Source of the DNA: Basidiobolus meristosporus CBS 931.73
Taxonomy: Eukaryota > Fungi > Basidiobolomycota
Assembly (NCBI GenBank): GCA_002104905.1
Contig: MCFE01000085.1
Span: 1 to 64,000 of the forward strand
Length of the DNA stretch: 64,000 bases
Direction of reading: 5' to 3'
Part shown: one piece after another, positions 1 to 12,055 of the stretch
Layout: each line of letters starts with the position of its first letter
How positions within the stretch are numbered: the stretch's first letter is position 1
The notes under the pieces: model-generated
Database searches by the model: none
The model's input: the letters and a program-made list of their open reading frames with translations, nothing else
Told to the model about the DNA's origin: nothing
Translations under genes and position numbers: made by a program

Positions 1-104
1 AACTGAACCAAAGGGGCAACTAAGCACAGAATCTCACAATTGTCAGAGAGTGGCAGAAATATTGGCAGATTATTAGCAAGAAGATTCTGGTCTAAGATTG
101 GTTT

Positions 105-452
105 TGTTGTAAGAGTCTTGGAGATATTAGAAGTGATTGGGAGAACAAGTAGATTGTATGGTTTTCACTAATGATATATTGAATGTAAAAGTAGTTTTTA
201 TACTTTAACATGGACTTGGCATTAAAAGCACATATAATAGGTTAAGGAAGGCCCCAAGAGCAAGTGTGCAAAGTTTGGGGCTGTTTGGATAACTTTGAGA
301 ATTTTCATGTTCTGAGTACCTGGTACTCTAGTGAAAATATTTTAAGTAAATCCCAACAAGGAATTTGGTCAGTATTCCCCAGGATTTGTAGGTGATGATT
401 TAAGTGAATAAGTTAGGTAAATATTTAGGTGGATTTAGCATCTTTTACAACA
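105..452 (-). mobile_element. Solo LTR of the copia family
   Basis: TGTTGT...ACAACA termini, homologous to the 350-bp LTRs at 11694 and 16031, with 5-bp TSD GGTTT on both sides (100-104, 453-457). Confidence 0.9.
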
Positions 453-483
453 GGTTTTTGGCATAGCTGGGTTTGGTTATAAA

Positions 484-3400
484 TGTTGTAAGAGTCTTGG
501 AGATATTGGAAGTGATTTGGAGAACAAGTAGATTATGTGGTTTTCACTTAATGATTTATTGAATGTAAAAGTAGTATTTATACTTTTACCTGGTCGTGGC
601 ATTACAAACACATAGAATAGGTTATGGAAGGTCCCAAGAACATGTGTGCAAAGTTTGGGGCTGTTCGGACAACTTTGAGAATTTTCATATTCTGGGTACC
701 TGGCATTTTGGTGAAAATATTCTAAGTAAATCCCAAAAAGGAATTTAGTCAGTATTCTCTAGGATTTGAAGGTGATGATCTAAGTTACTAAGTTAGGTGA
801 ATATTTAGGTGGAAATATGAATTTTTACAACACTCCCACTCAGCTAAATGTTCATACTGACTAGTCCTAATTTTGACCTAAGATATTCAAACTTGTCTCT
901 AGCTAATGGTTTGGTAAATATGTCTGCAATCATTTCATCTGTACAACAGTAAACTAAGCTAACTAAGTTATTCTCTATAGCTTCACGTATGAAATGATGT
1001 CTAATATCTATGTGCTTGGCTCTAGCATGAAAAGTTGGATTTCTACCTAATTGTATACATCCTTGATTATCTTGAAATAAAGTAACAGGCGTTTTTTGAC
1101 ATAGGCCTAAATCTGTTAAGAGTTTTCTTAACCACATTGCTTCTTTTGTAGCTTCACAGGCTGCCATATACTCTGCCTCTGTAGTAGAAAGTGCTACGGT
1201 TGGTTGCTTTCTTGAATTCCATGAAATTGCTCCTTTACAGTAAAGAAAGGTATATCCTGTGGTGGATCTTCTGTCTTCCAAATTTCGTCCCCAATCAGCA
1301 TCAGAGTATCCCACAAGATCTTGTTCTGAGTCCTTATAAGTGTATCTTAAGCAGATATCAGCAGTTCCTTTTAGGTATCTAAAAATCCGCTTAACTGCTG
1401 CAATATGATCAGATCCATAGTTCTGATTATGTTGGCTGACAACTCCCACTGAATATGAGATATCTGGACGTGTTCCAAGCATCATATACATCAGACTGCC
1501 GACCACAGATTGATAAGGAAAGTCAGGGCTTTCAGATGGCACCAAGCTCTCTTGATTTGGTTGAGTTTTGACCAAGTTAAGGTTTGTCTCCATTGGGGTA
1601 GCTGCCGGTTTACAGTCTTCCATTTTGTACTTCTTTAGTATATCTTGAATATACTTGGATTGACTTAGGGTGATGGTCTGGGTACTTCTGTCTATGGAGA
1701 ACTTAATCCCTAAGTAGTAACTGAGTTCTCCTAGATTGGACATCTTGAACTCCTTAGATAAGTTGGATTTAGTCTCTTCCAATGTTTCTAGGTTATTGGC
1801 GGCTATAATAAGATCATCCACATATAGAGCTAATAGAACTGGATTTGCTCTATCTGGCTTATAGTATATACTATAGTCAGCATTACTCCTTTTGAAACTC
1901 AAAGATTCCAAATAAGAATCTATCTTGCAATTCCAGGCTCTTGGTGATTGTTTGAGACCATATAGTGACTTTTTAAGCTTGCAGACCAAATGGGGGTTAT
2001 TTTGGTCAACAAACCCATCAGGCTGGTCCATATACACATTCTCATCAAGTTCTCCATTCAAAAATGCAGTTTTTACATCCATTTGATGAATAAAAAACTT
2101 ATATTTGGCTGCAATAGCCAATATTAATCTGATGGAATTAAACTTGGCTACCAGTGCAAAGGTCTCAGTATAGTCAAGTCCTTTTGTTTGAGAGTATCCT
2201 TTGGCTACAAGTCTTGCTTTGTATCTTTCAATTGTACCATCAGCCTTGTATTTTGTCTTGAAGACCCATCTGCATCCAATTGATTTTTGGTTGATTGGTA
2301 ATTTGACTAAGTTTGTACCCTCATTGATATAGTAATTTGGGCTATTTCTTGTCCAATTGGATCTCTGGGCATTTGATACCGGAATGATCACTTCTGGGAT
2401 ATTCCTGGGCACTGATTCTGGCTGAGCCATGGTTGTAGAGTCCTCTGGAGTGAAAAAACTTTCATTGTTTTGCTCTGATTCAATCCTGACAATTGGTGGA
2501 CTTGAGATCAAATTTTTGTCATCATCTGATGTCATTTTTTGTGAAAATTTTGAATTTTCATCAAGCAACACATCCCTGGACTTGATCATTTTACGCAAAT
2601 AATCAAAATTGATGTGTCCAAATCTCCTGTGCCAAAGCATTGGTGTTTCTTCATTTAAGTTATTTATATTGGCTTCCAGATATGATGGAATATAAGTCAA
2701 CTTGTATAGATTCTGATCTCTGATGCCCAAAGCTATATGAGCACCATTATGATCAGTGATCCTGCATCCAGAATTGTCAAAACTGAAACTGAGTCCTTCT
2801 GCTGTGGCCTTGCTTACAGAGAGTAGGTTCTTGGCTATTTCTGGTACATAGAGTACTTCTTTAAAGGCCAGTGTATGGCTTCCTTCACTGCTTCTAAGGT
2901 TTACTTGGATAGTTCCTTCTCCCACTGCATCAAGTGTTCTATTGTCACCCATGAAAACCTTCTTAATTGGAATTTCTTGATATTGGGTAAAAAGTTCTTT
3001 TTGGTGTGTAAAGTGTTGAGAAGCTCCAGAGTCAATATACCACGTCTGAGAATCCTTGTTTGTGGTCATATTTAGTGCAGATATGAATAGTCTATCTTCA
3101 GTTGTTGCAGCATTTTGATATTCAGGCGTCTTTTGCTGATAATCTCTTTTTTTGAAACACCGGTCTGATGTGTGTCCTTTCCTTTTGCAGTAGTTGCAAA
3201 ATAGGTTGCTGTTGCCTTTGTAGGGTCTTGGGTACCTCCTTTGTTGGTTATCATTGCTTATTAAAGCATTTTCTTCTTCCTTCTTGTTGGCGCTTGGTTT
3301 TCTTAATTCTTCATCCAGGAGCCTTCCATATACGTAATTTAAGGTCAAATCTTCAGTTCTGGACTCTAGGGCTGATACAAGGCCCTGAGACTCATCTGTC

Positions 3401-4252
3401 AGGCTATTCAGGATGGTAACTATCACATCCTCATCAGTAGTTGGTACGCCCACAGATTCCATCTCATCTACCAGCAGGGTAATTCTGTTAATCAGATTTT
3501 TCATTTCTTCTCCTGGCAGCATCTTTGTAGTAAAGAGTTTTTGTCTCAGATACATTTTCTTGGCAGCTGAACATGACTGGTAGGTGTCTTCTAATGCCTT
3601 CCAGGCATTCTTTGCCGTTTTTGCTCTTGAGCATTGAATTAGCAATTTGTCCTTGACATTAAGGCAAATGCAGTTAAAGGCACTTTGTTCTTTCTTCTGG
3701 TACTTCAAGGCTTCCTCTCCCACATTTTTAGGAGGGCATTCTTCTCCCATGACAATATCCCAAAGGCCTCTTTCTTGTAGCAGCATCTTCATTGTCACCT
3801 TCCACACTTGGTAGTTAGATCCATCCAACTTTTCAGCAGAGGGAAAAATTCCAGTAATAGCAGTAGTAGACATTGCAGAGAGTGACAGCTTGGGGCTCAT
3901 AACCTGTTGTAAGAGTCTTGGAGATATTGGAAGTGATTTGGAGAACAAGTAGATTATGTGGTTTCAACTTAATGATTTATTGAATGTAAAGTAGTATTTA
4001 TACTTTTACCTGGTCTTGGCATTACAAACATGTAGAATAGGTTATGGAAGGTCCCAAGAACATGTGTGCCAAGTTTGGGGCTGTTTGGACAACTTTGAGA
4101 ATTTTCATATTCTGGGTACCTGGCATTTTGGTGAAAATATTCTAAGTAAATCCCGACAAGGAATTTAGTCAGTATTCTCTAGGATTTGAAGGTGATGATC
4201 TAAGTGACTAAGTTAGGTGAATATTTAGGTGGAAATACAAACTTTTACAACA
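484..4252 (-). mobile_element. Ty1/copia LTR retrotransposon, internally deleted copy (element A)
   Basis: LTRs at 484-832 and 3905-4252, TSD ATAAA on both flanks, PBS GGTTATGAGCCCC next to the 5' LTR, PPT next to the 3' LTR. Confidence 0.95.
844..3900 (-). CDS. Gag-PR-(integrase deleted)-RT-RNaseH polyprotein, about 1018 aa from the PBS ATG
   Basis: Open frame with gag CX2CX4HX4C knuckle, protease DSGAS, RT YVDD and RNaseH. Relative to 12055-16026 it lacks 260 codons (integrase zinc finger C-half and rve core) and a further 45 codons. Confidence 0.85.
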   Translation of the reverse strand: MSPKLSLSAMSTTAITGIFPSAEKLDGSNYQVWKVTMKMLLQERGLWDIVMGEECPPKNVGEEALKYQKKEQSAFNCICLNVKDKLLIQCSRAKTAKNAWKALEDTYQSCSAAKKMYLRQKLFTTKMLPGEEMKNLINRITLLVDEMESVGVPTTDEDVIVTILNSLTDESQGLVSALESRTEDLTLNYVYGRLLDEELRKPSANKKEEENALISNDNQQRRYPRPYKGNSNLFCNYCKRKGHTSDRCFKKRDYQQKTPEYQNAATTEDRLFISALNMTTNKDSQTWYIDSGASQHFTHQKELFTQYQEIPIKKVFMGDNRTLDAVGEGTIQVNLRSSEGSHTLAFKEVLYVPEIAKNLLSVSKATAEGLSFSFDNSGCRITDHNGAHIALGIRDQNLYKLTYIPSYLEANINNLNEETPMLWHRRFGHINFDYLRKMIKSRDVLLDENSKFSQKMTSDDDKNLISSPPIVRIESEQNNESFFTPEDSTTMAQPESVPRNIPEVIIPVSNAQRSNWTRNSPNYYINEGTNLVKLPINQKSIGCRWVFKTKYKADGTIERYKARLVAKGYSQTKGLDYTETFALVAKFNSIRLILAIAAKYKFFIHQMDVKTAFLNGELDENVYMDQPDGFVDQNNPHLVCKLKKSLYGLKQSPRAWNCKIDSYLESLSFKRSNADYSIYYKPDRANPVLLALYVDDLIIAANNLETLEETKSNLSKEFKMSNLGELSYYLGIKFSIDRSTQTITLSQSKYIQDILKKYKMEDCKPAATPMETNLNLVKTQPNQESLVPSESPDFPYQSVVGSLMYMMLGTRPDISYSVGVVSQHNQNYGSDHIAAVKRIFRYLKGTADICLRYTYKDSEQDLVGYSDADWGRNLEDRRSTTGYTFLYCKGAISWNSRKQPTVALSTTEAEYMAACEATKEAMWLRKLLTDLGLCQKTPVTLFQDNQGCIQLGRNPTFHARAKHIDIRHHFIREAIENNLVSLVYCCTDEMIADIFTKPLARDKFEYLRSKLGLVSMNI

Positions 4253-6388
4253 ATAAAGGCAATGGAGTTGGTTTGCTATGCAGGATAAGCTTGGTGCTCT
4301 TTGGAGTGCTAGATATGCTAGGCTAGGGTAGAGATCAGACTGGAATTGGGGAATTCTTAATTTTGCTGAGACACACACTAACCCAAAAGGTTCAGGAAAC
4401 TTTATTTATACTTTCTGGTTAAGTTGAATTAGAAAGCACCAAGAGTCTGGACTAATTGATATCAACTTGGGTGTTTATGAATGCTTAAGATAATTGCAAA
4501 TTGCATCATCAATCAGCTGATGTCTCTACAGCTGCTAAGTGGTTGGATAGATCTCCGATGATTAATCACTTATGAAGGCTTGGCAGTTCAGTTGACTATG
4601 TAATGACTACATCAAAATTGATCAGGTTTGACAGCTAAAAATAGATTTTGAGAAGGTATAGTTAAACCATGACTGGAATTAGCTATGTTAGGGTTAGGGG
4701 AAATCAGCTAGGGCACTAGATTTCCTAACTTGGTAAAATTGGCTATTTTTCTGAATGTCAATGCACAACAAGTCTGACAACTGAATCTAGGAGCTGCATT
4801 GTAAGTTCATATCATTTCTGGTGAGATCAGGCATTTCTGGTAATTCTAAGGGCTGCTGGGTGTAGCTTGCAAAATTGCCAGAAACTTTAAGTTCAACCTA
4901 AATAGCTTGACTTTCTTTATTTATTTGTATAAGGTACCAAATACTTGCACATAATGCTTGGAGGGCTTTGGACTACTTAAGATTTCTTCATTCTCTGAGT
5001 ACTCAATATGGATATTAAAAGTAAATCCAATCAAGGTACCTGGGTCAAACTCTCTAAGATTTGTATATTGTTATCCAAGTGACCAAGATAAGCAAATCTT
5101 TAGATAAAAATACAAAACTTATATTCCTATATGTAGATTCTGGAGTCAGTCTCTCAGTACTAAACACCAGGGCAAATACAAGACTCAGAGATCTATCTGC
5201 AATACTATTCTGGAGGGTAACTTTTACTTCCTGTTCTATAGTGAGTATTCCTATTTGTAATTTATTCTAACAGCAGTGAGTAGCTATCAGCACTAAAATT
5301 ACATGCATGTAGCAGACTACCTCATGGGGCTGGTGTTTTGATTATCATAGGTAGTATTGAGTTAATACAAAGAACTGGAACCATTGCACAATAATCAAAT
5401 CCTGTCAATTCAACATAAATGAATTACTATGCTTTGAGGTGTGATTGGTCAGTATTAGCACTGTGGGGCCTTGCAGAGGTCCCAGGAAGTGGCTCAAAGT
5501 GACATAATGATGTGTGAATTTAGGGGCAACTGGAATTTACCTGAGGGAACTAGAGGGTTGCATAACATGGAGTTGGCAATCTCCACTGCTGGAAGCATCT
5601 TGCATCAGAACTCTAGGGAGTACTGAGTATAGCGCAACTGAAAAGTCTAATACTTGTAGTGTTATCAGTTTGTTACAATATTATCTTTTTAAATAAATAG
5701 GATGATACTCTTGAGCAACCTTTTGGCTTATATTGCTATTATACAGGCTCTACAAAGCATTGAATAGTTGCAGGATAAGCTTCAAACTACAATAAATTGA
5801 TATTGCTTCATTTTGCCTGGAAAATGATTATTAAGACATGCAAATATCCCACAACTAGGCACTGATTTATTTTCTTCAGAGTAACTTAAGTGGTGGTATA
5901 GACATAGTGGGAGTAGGTCAGACCTGAAATCATTTGGTCTCTAACATCTAAAGCAATACAAGTAGTACTTGGACTAGTAACCTATCATCTAGAATTGTCA
6001 AAGCTGAAGCTGGGTGCTGTGTGGTAGTCTTGCCTACAAAAGATAGTTTCTTGCTATTACAGGCACATTGAACATTTCTTAGAAGGAAATGCCTGTTTCC
6101 CATATTGTCTATTCCATTTGCACAGATCTCCGGACATTTGCTTCAAGTGCTCTCTAGCTTACCAAGCTTGGGAAACTCTTCATAATATGCCAAAAGTTAT
6201 AATAGATCTATACAGTTTCAAGTGACCCTGAAAACAATATATGACATTTGAGAATGCTGATTTGTAGTGGTTAAGGGTAAACATGGCTGTATGTATTGTC
6301 ACTGCACCCAAGTACTCACTGGATCTGGTTAGTTATTTTACAGTCTTCAGAACTCAAAGAGTTATGCACAAATTTCAGGTGATGTTTT

Positions 6389-6721
6389 TGTTGTAAACAT
6401 TTGCAATTCCATCTAGATATTAACCTAACTTAGTCACTTAGATCATTACCTACAAATCCTAGTGAATACTGGCAAAATTCCTTGTCAGGATTGACAAAAT
6501 ATTTGATACCCAGACAATGAGAATTCTCACAGTTGTCCAAACAGCCCCACACTTTGCACACATGCTTTTGAGACTTTTCTAATCCTACTATATATGTTTG
6601 TTGTGCCAAGACAATGTAAAAGTATGAATACTACTTTTACATTCAATAAATCATCTAGTGAAAACCACACAACCTGCTTCTTTTCCTAATCACTTTGAAT
6701 AGTTCCAAGACTCTTACAACA
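6389..6721 (+). mobile_element. Solo copia LTR adjoining older LTR remnants
   Basis: TGTTGT...ACAACA termini, homology to the family LTR, TSD GTTTT. A further LTR remnant follows at ~6727-6965. Confidence 0.85.
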
Positions 6722-7758
6722 GTTTTACCTAGGTATTTCCACCAACCCACCACACACTCAGAACATGATAAATCTTGAGGTTGCCCAAACAGCCCCAAAC
6801 TTTGACATAGGCTCTTAGGATCTTACTAAGCATATTTTTTATGATTGTTTTGCCAAGTCTATGCAAAAGCGCTAATATGACTCAATTACTCAACTAAGCA
6901 TTATGTGAGAGCCCTGTAATCTATTTACTTGGCCAATCACTTCCAAGATCTCCAAACTCTCACAATGCTGATAAGCATTGTTTTTTTCTGGTAGCTGTGA
7001 AATTTCTAAACTCATATATCTTGGCCTCATTTTGCCAATTTCTTAAACATATATCATATGAGTGTATTTTGCAGTTGCAATAGCTACATGAAGGATATTG
7101 CTTTCTTTAAGTAGGCCTGGGTATATTTCTGGCTTTGTGGGAGGTTTGCATTTATTGGAGGTAAATTGGACAACTGATTTATGTGGCTTAACTTAAAATA
7201 TAGTTGATGAGAAGGTAGTCTCACTAGCTTTAAATGGTAAAGGTCAAAAAAGTCTCTATTCAATATGCTTGGGATGGTTTTTAATGCATGTATTCAAAGT
7301 TTGGGCTATTGGGACAACCTTGAGACTTTGTATCCCATGTACCTGGGTTTTGGCCAAATATGCTGAGCAAATGTTAAAAAGTAGTATGACCATGATTCCT
7401 GAGTAAATGTAGAATGTGAATCTAGTGATCAAGTTAAGAGAATCTTCTAATCTTGTTACACAGCTTCAAAATGCTGATGATTATCACAGAATACTCATTG
7501 ATAGCTTCTTCCTCCTAAATAAGGTCTACCATTATCTTATTGAGCCATGAGCCTTATGCAGTAGTTTTTGCAATGCACCTTATAGTCACCTATCTTAGCC
7601 ACTTAGATCTTTACCTACAAATATTAGAGAACTCTGACTAAACTCCTTGCTGGATTTACTTGAGTACTTTTACCAAGAAGCTGTTGTAACAGTTCTGGAG
7701 ATATTGGAGGCAATTGGGAGAGCAAGTGGACTATGTGGCTTTCACCTAATGATTCATT

Positions 7759-8491
7759 AGACTTGTTCTGTTGGATAGTGCCACATTGAGCCATTAGTGC
7801 CAAATGATGCCATAGTGTGCCCAAGAGGCCAAGTGAGCCTATACTTGGCCACAGAGTGAGAAACATAGATCTGCATCTTCATGCAAAGCAGCCCATGTGT
7901 TTCACCTATGATGCAGGAGAAAATCCATTTTGTGATGTTTTTTTTGTGGATCAATATTGTGCAGTATGTGTAAGAGCACTAAAGGATTGAAGATATACAT
8001 CTGGTACTCAATACCCATGGCACTCTGGATCTAGCTCCTGTGGCTTGTAACATGTCACAAAAATGCATGGCACTATCTTGGTCCACTGGCACTATCTGAC
8101 ACTATAAGTACTTTGTACTGATCTTACTTTAGGGCTAATATTTAAATATAGTGCCAGATAGTGCCAGTGGACCAAGATAGTGCCATGCATTTTTGTGACA
8201 TGTTACAAGCCACAGGAGCTAGATCCAGAGTGCCAAGGGTATTGAGTACTAGATGCATATCTTCAATCCTTTTGTGCACTTGCACATCCTGTACAACATT
8301 TACCTAAAAAAAAGGTCAAAAAATGGATTTTCTCCATCACAATGAGTGAAACACAGGGGCTGCTTTGCATGAAGATGCAGAGCTGTGCTGCACACTCTGT
8401 GGCAAGTGTAGGCTCACTTGACCTCCCTGGCACACTATGGCATCATTTGGCACTCATAGCTCAATGTGGCACTATCCAACAGAACAAGTCT
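7759..8491. mobile_element. Foldback/MITE-like element with ~348-bp inverted arms and a 40-bp spacer, inserted in a copia LTR remnant (7682-~8570)
   Basis: Arms 7759-8106 and 8147-8491 are reverse complements. Removing the element and one ATT restores the host LTR motif GATTCATTGAGTG (consensus GATTTATTGAATG). Confidence 0.85.
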
Positions 8492-8849
8492 ATTGAGTGA
8501 GAAAGTTGTGTTTATACTTTACATGCATTTGGTACCTGCCTAAACATATTTTTCATGCTTGTTTTGCCATGATCAGGTAAAAGTTGCATATATATTCATA
8601 TAGTACTAGCAATGCAAACCTATAAAATTTGCTTATCCTAAGAAACTAGTACAACAGGGCCAGCATAATACCACTGTAATAACAGCTTAACTTCCAAATA
8701 TCTCAAAATTCATAAAACTTGATATCTTAGGTGCTAAATACTTAGCAGACAAGCAATCATATTTTTGTGAGGAGACTAGGGTAAATGTTGTAAGCTTTGA
8801 AATACACTCAAGTGTTCACCAAGCTTACTCACTTGGATCATAACTCACT

Positions 8850-9340
8850 AATTGTACATAATACTGCCCATACTCCATGTTGGGATTTACTTCGGTAACT
8901 TTTACCAAGATACATGTGGGTCTACTTCACAGAGAAAAAGGAAGAAGCTCTGTCCAAGCTCAGAAAGCTTAATGCCATGGTGGAGAGAGAAATTGGTGAA
9001 AAAATCCAAAAAATACACTCAGGCAATGATGGATGATGTACCTCAAAACTCCTCATCCACTTCTGCAAGATTCATTGGATAAAGCAAGAGACTACTGTAC
9101 CATACTCCCCACAGCAAAATGGAGTAGCAGAATGTGCAAACAGATCAATAACTGATACAACAAGATCTCTGATCCATGGTCAAAAATATCCTTTGATTTA
9201 TGGGTGGAATCAGTTGCCACAGCTGTATACCTTAAAAATAGGAGTTATAACAGAATACATGGGAATAAAGTTCTCCATAGACCAAAGTACCCAGACCATC
9301 ACCCTAAGCTAGTCTAAGTATATTCAAGATATATTAAAAG
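8850..9340 (+). pseudogene. Decayed copia integrase fragment joined to an RT fragment
   Basis: Nucleotide homology to the family rve region (TVPYSPQQNGVAE) followed directly by RT-region sequence. Confidence 0.75.
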
Positions 9341-12043
9341 GAGTACTAAATAGTGCTGTAAAAAAATCTGTAATTTCACCCAAGTAATTGCCTAACTTAG
9401 TCACTTAGATCATTACCTTCATATCCCAGAGAATACTGACAAAATTCCTTGTTGGGATTCACTTAGAATATTTTCACCAAAATATCAGGTACCCAGAGGA
9501 TGAAAATTCTTGAAGTTGTCCAATCAGCCCCAAACTTTGCACACATGTTCTTGGGACCTTCCTTAACCTATTCTATGGGTTTGTTATGCCAAGACCATGT
9601 AAAGTATAAATACTACTTTTACATTCAATAAATCATTAAGTGAAAACCACATAATCTACTTGTCCTCCCAATCACTTCCAATATCTCCAAGACTCTTACA
9701 ACAGGTTATGGGCCCCCAGCTGTCACTATCTGCAATGTCTACTACTGCTATTACTGGAATTTTTCCCTCTGCTGAAATGCTGGACGGATCTAACTACCTA
9801 GTGTGGAAGGTGAAGATGAAGATGCTGCTACAAGAAAGAGGCCTTTGGGATATTGTCATGGGTGAAGAATGCCCTCCTAACAACGTAGGAGAGGAAGCCT
9901 TAAAGTACCAGAAGAAAGAACAAAGTGCCTTTAACTGCATTTGCCTTAATGTCAAGGACAAATTGCTAATTCAATGCTCAAGAGCAAAAACAGCAAAGAA
10001 TGCCTGGAAGGCATTAGAAGACACCTACCAGTCATGTTCAGCTGCTAAGAAAGTGTATCTGAGATGAAAATTCTTTACTGCAAAGATGCAGCCAGGAGAC
10101 AAAATGAAAAATCTAATTAACAGAATTACCCTGCTGGTAGATGAGATAGAATCTGTGGGCATATCAACTACTGATGAGAATGTGATAGTTACCATCCTGA
10201 ATAGTCTGACAGACAAGTTTCAGGGCCTTTATCAGCCCTAGAGTCCAGAGCTGAAGATTTGACCTTAAATTACATATTTGGGAAGCTCCTGGATGAAGAA
10301 TTAAGAAAATCAAGCACCAATAAGAAGGAAGAAGAAAATGCTTTAACAAGCAATGATAACAAGCAAAGGAGGTACCCAAGACCCTTCAAAGGCAACAGCA
10401 ACCTGTCTTGCAACTACTGCAAAAGGAAAGGACACACACCAGACTGGTGTCTAAAAAGGAGAGATATTCAGCAAATGAGGCCTGAATATGGAAATACTGC
10501 AACAACTGAAGATAGACTATTCATATCTGCACTAAATATGACCACAAACAAGGATTCTCAGACATGGCACATTGACTCTGGAGCATTTCAACACCTTACA
10601 CACCAAAAAGAACTTTTTACCCAATATCAAGAAATTTCAACTATGAAGGTTTTCATGGGCAACAATAGAGCACTTGATGCAGTGGGAGAAAGAACCATCC
10701 AAGTAAACCTTAGAAGCAGTGAAGGGAGCTTTACACTGACCTTCAAAGAAGTACTCTATGTACCAGAAATAGCCAAGAATCTACTATCTGTAAGCAAGGC
10801 CACAGCGGAAGGACTCAGTTTCAGTTTTGACAAATCTGGATACAAGATCACTGATCAAAATGGTGCCCATATTGCTTTGGGTATTGGAGATCAGAATCTA
10901 TGCAAGTTGACTTATATTCCATCATATTTGGAAGCCAATATAATTAACTTAAATGAAGAAACACCAATGCTTTGGCACTGGAGATTTGGGCACAACAATT
11001 TTGCGCAAAATGATCAAAGATCAGCTAATTTCTGGAGTAAAAATTGATCCCCCACCTAGTTTGGAGCACTGTGAAGCCTGCATATATGGGAAACAAGCCA
11101 GACAGCTGCTCAAGAGCTCTGAGTTAATCAAAACTAAGAAAAAATTAGATCTAATTCACTCAGATCTGTGTGGACCTATGCAAAATTTATCCTTGGGTGG
11201 GGTGAAGTATTTAATCACTTTTATTGATGATTATACAAGATACACGTGAGTTTACTTCATGGAGAGAAAGGAAGAAGCTCTGTCTAAGCTCAGGGAGTTT
11301 AAAGCCATAGTGGAGAGAGAAACTGGTGAAAAAATCAAGAAAATACGCTATGACAATGGTGGAGAATATACCTCAAAACTCTTCTTCCACGTCTGCAAAA
11401 TTCATGGGATAAAGCAAGAGACTACTGTACCATACTCCCCACAGCAAAATGGAGTAGCAGAATGTGCAAACAGATCAATAATTGATGTGGCAAGATCTAT
11501 GGTCCACAATCAAAAATTACCCTATGATTTTTGGGCAGAATCAGTTGCTTCAGCTGTGCACCTTAATAATAGGGGTTATAACAGAATACTTTGTGAATCT
11601 ACTCCATTTGAAGCATGGTATGGATACAGACCAACTGCAGAACATCTAAGAATATTGGGGTATTTAGCATATGCTTAGACACTACCCGGAAATTGTTGTA
11701 AGAGTCTTGGAGATATTGGAAGTGATTTGGAGAACAAGTAGATTATGTGGTTTTCACTTAATGATTTATTGAATGTAAAAGTAGTATTTATACTTTTACA
11801 TGGTCTTGGCATTACAAACACGTAGAATAGGTTAAGGAAGGTCCCAAGAACATGTGTGCAAAGTTTGGGGCTGTTTGGACAACTTTGAGAATTTTCATGT
11901 TCTGGGTACCTGGTATTTTGGTGAAAATATTCTAAGTAAATCCCGACAAGGAATTTGGTCAGTATTCTCTAGGATTTGAAGGTGATGATCTAAGTGACTA
12001 AGTTAGGTGAATATTTAGGTGGAAAATACGAATTTTTACAACA

Positions 12044-12055
12044 CTCCCACTCAGC
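12044..12055 (-). promoter_or_regulatory. Polypurine tract
   Basis: GCTGAGTGGGAG abuts the 3' LTR in elements A, B, C, D and E. Confidence 0.85.

Noticed and set aside
2307-2588. Splicing as the origin of the deletions in element A
   Set aside because: Neither deleted segment can be read as GT...AG on the sense strand within its microhomology.
4688-4699. TTAGGGTTAGGG as a relic telomere
   Set aside because: Only two units inside TE debris.
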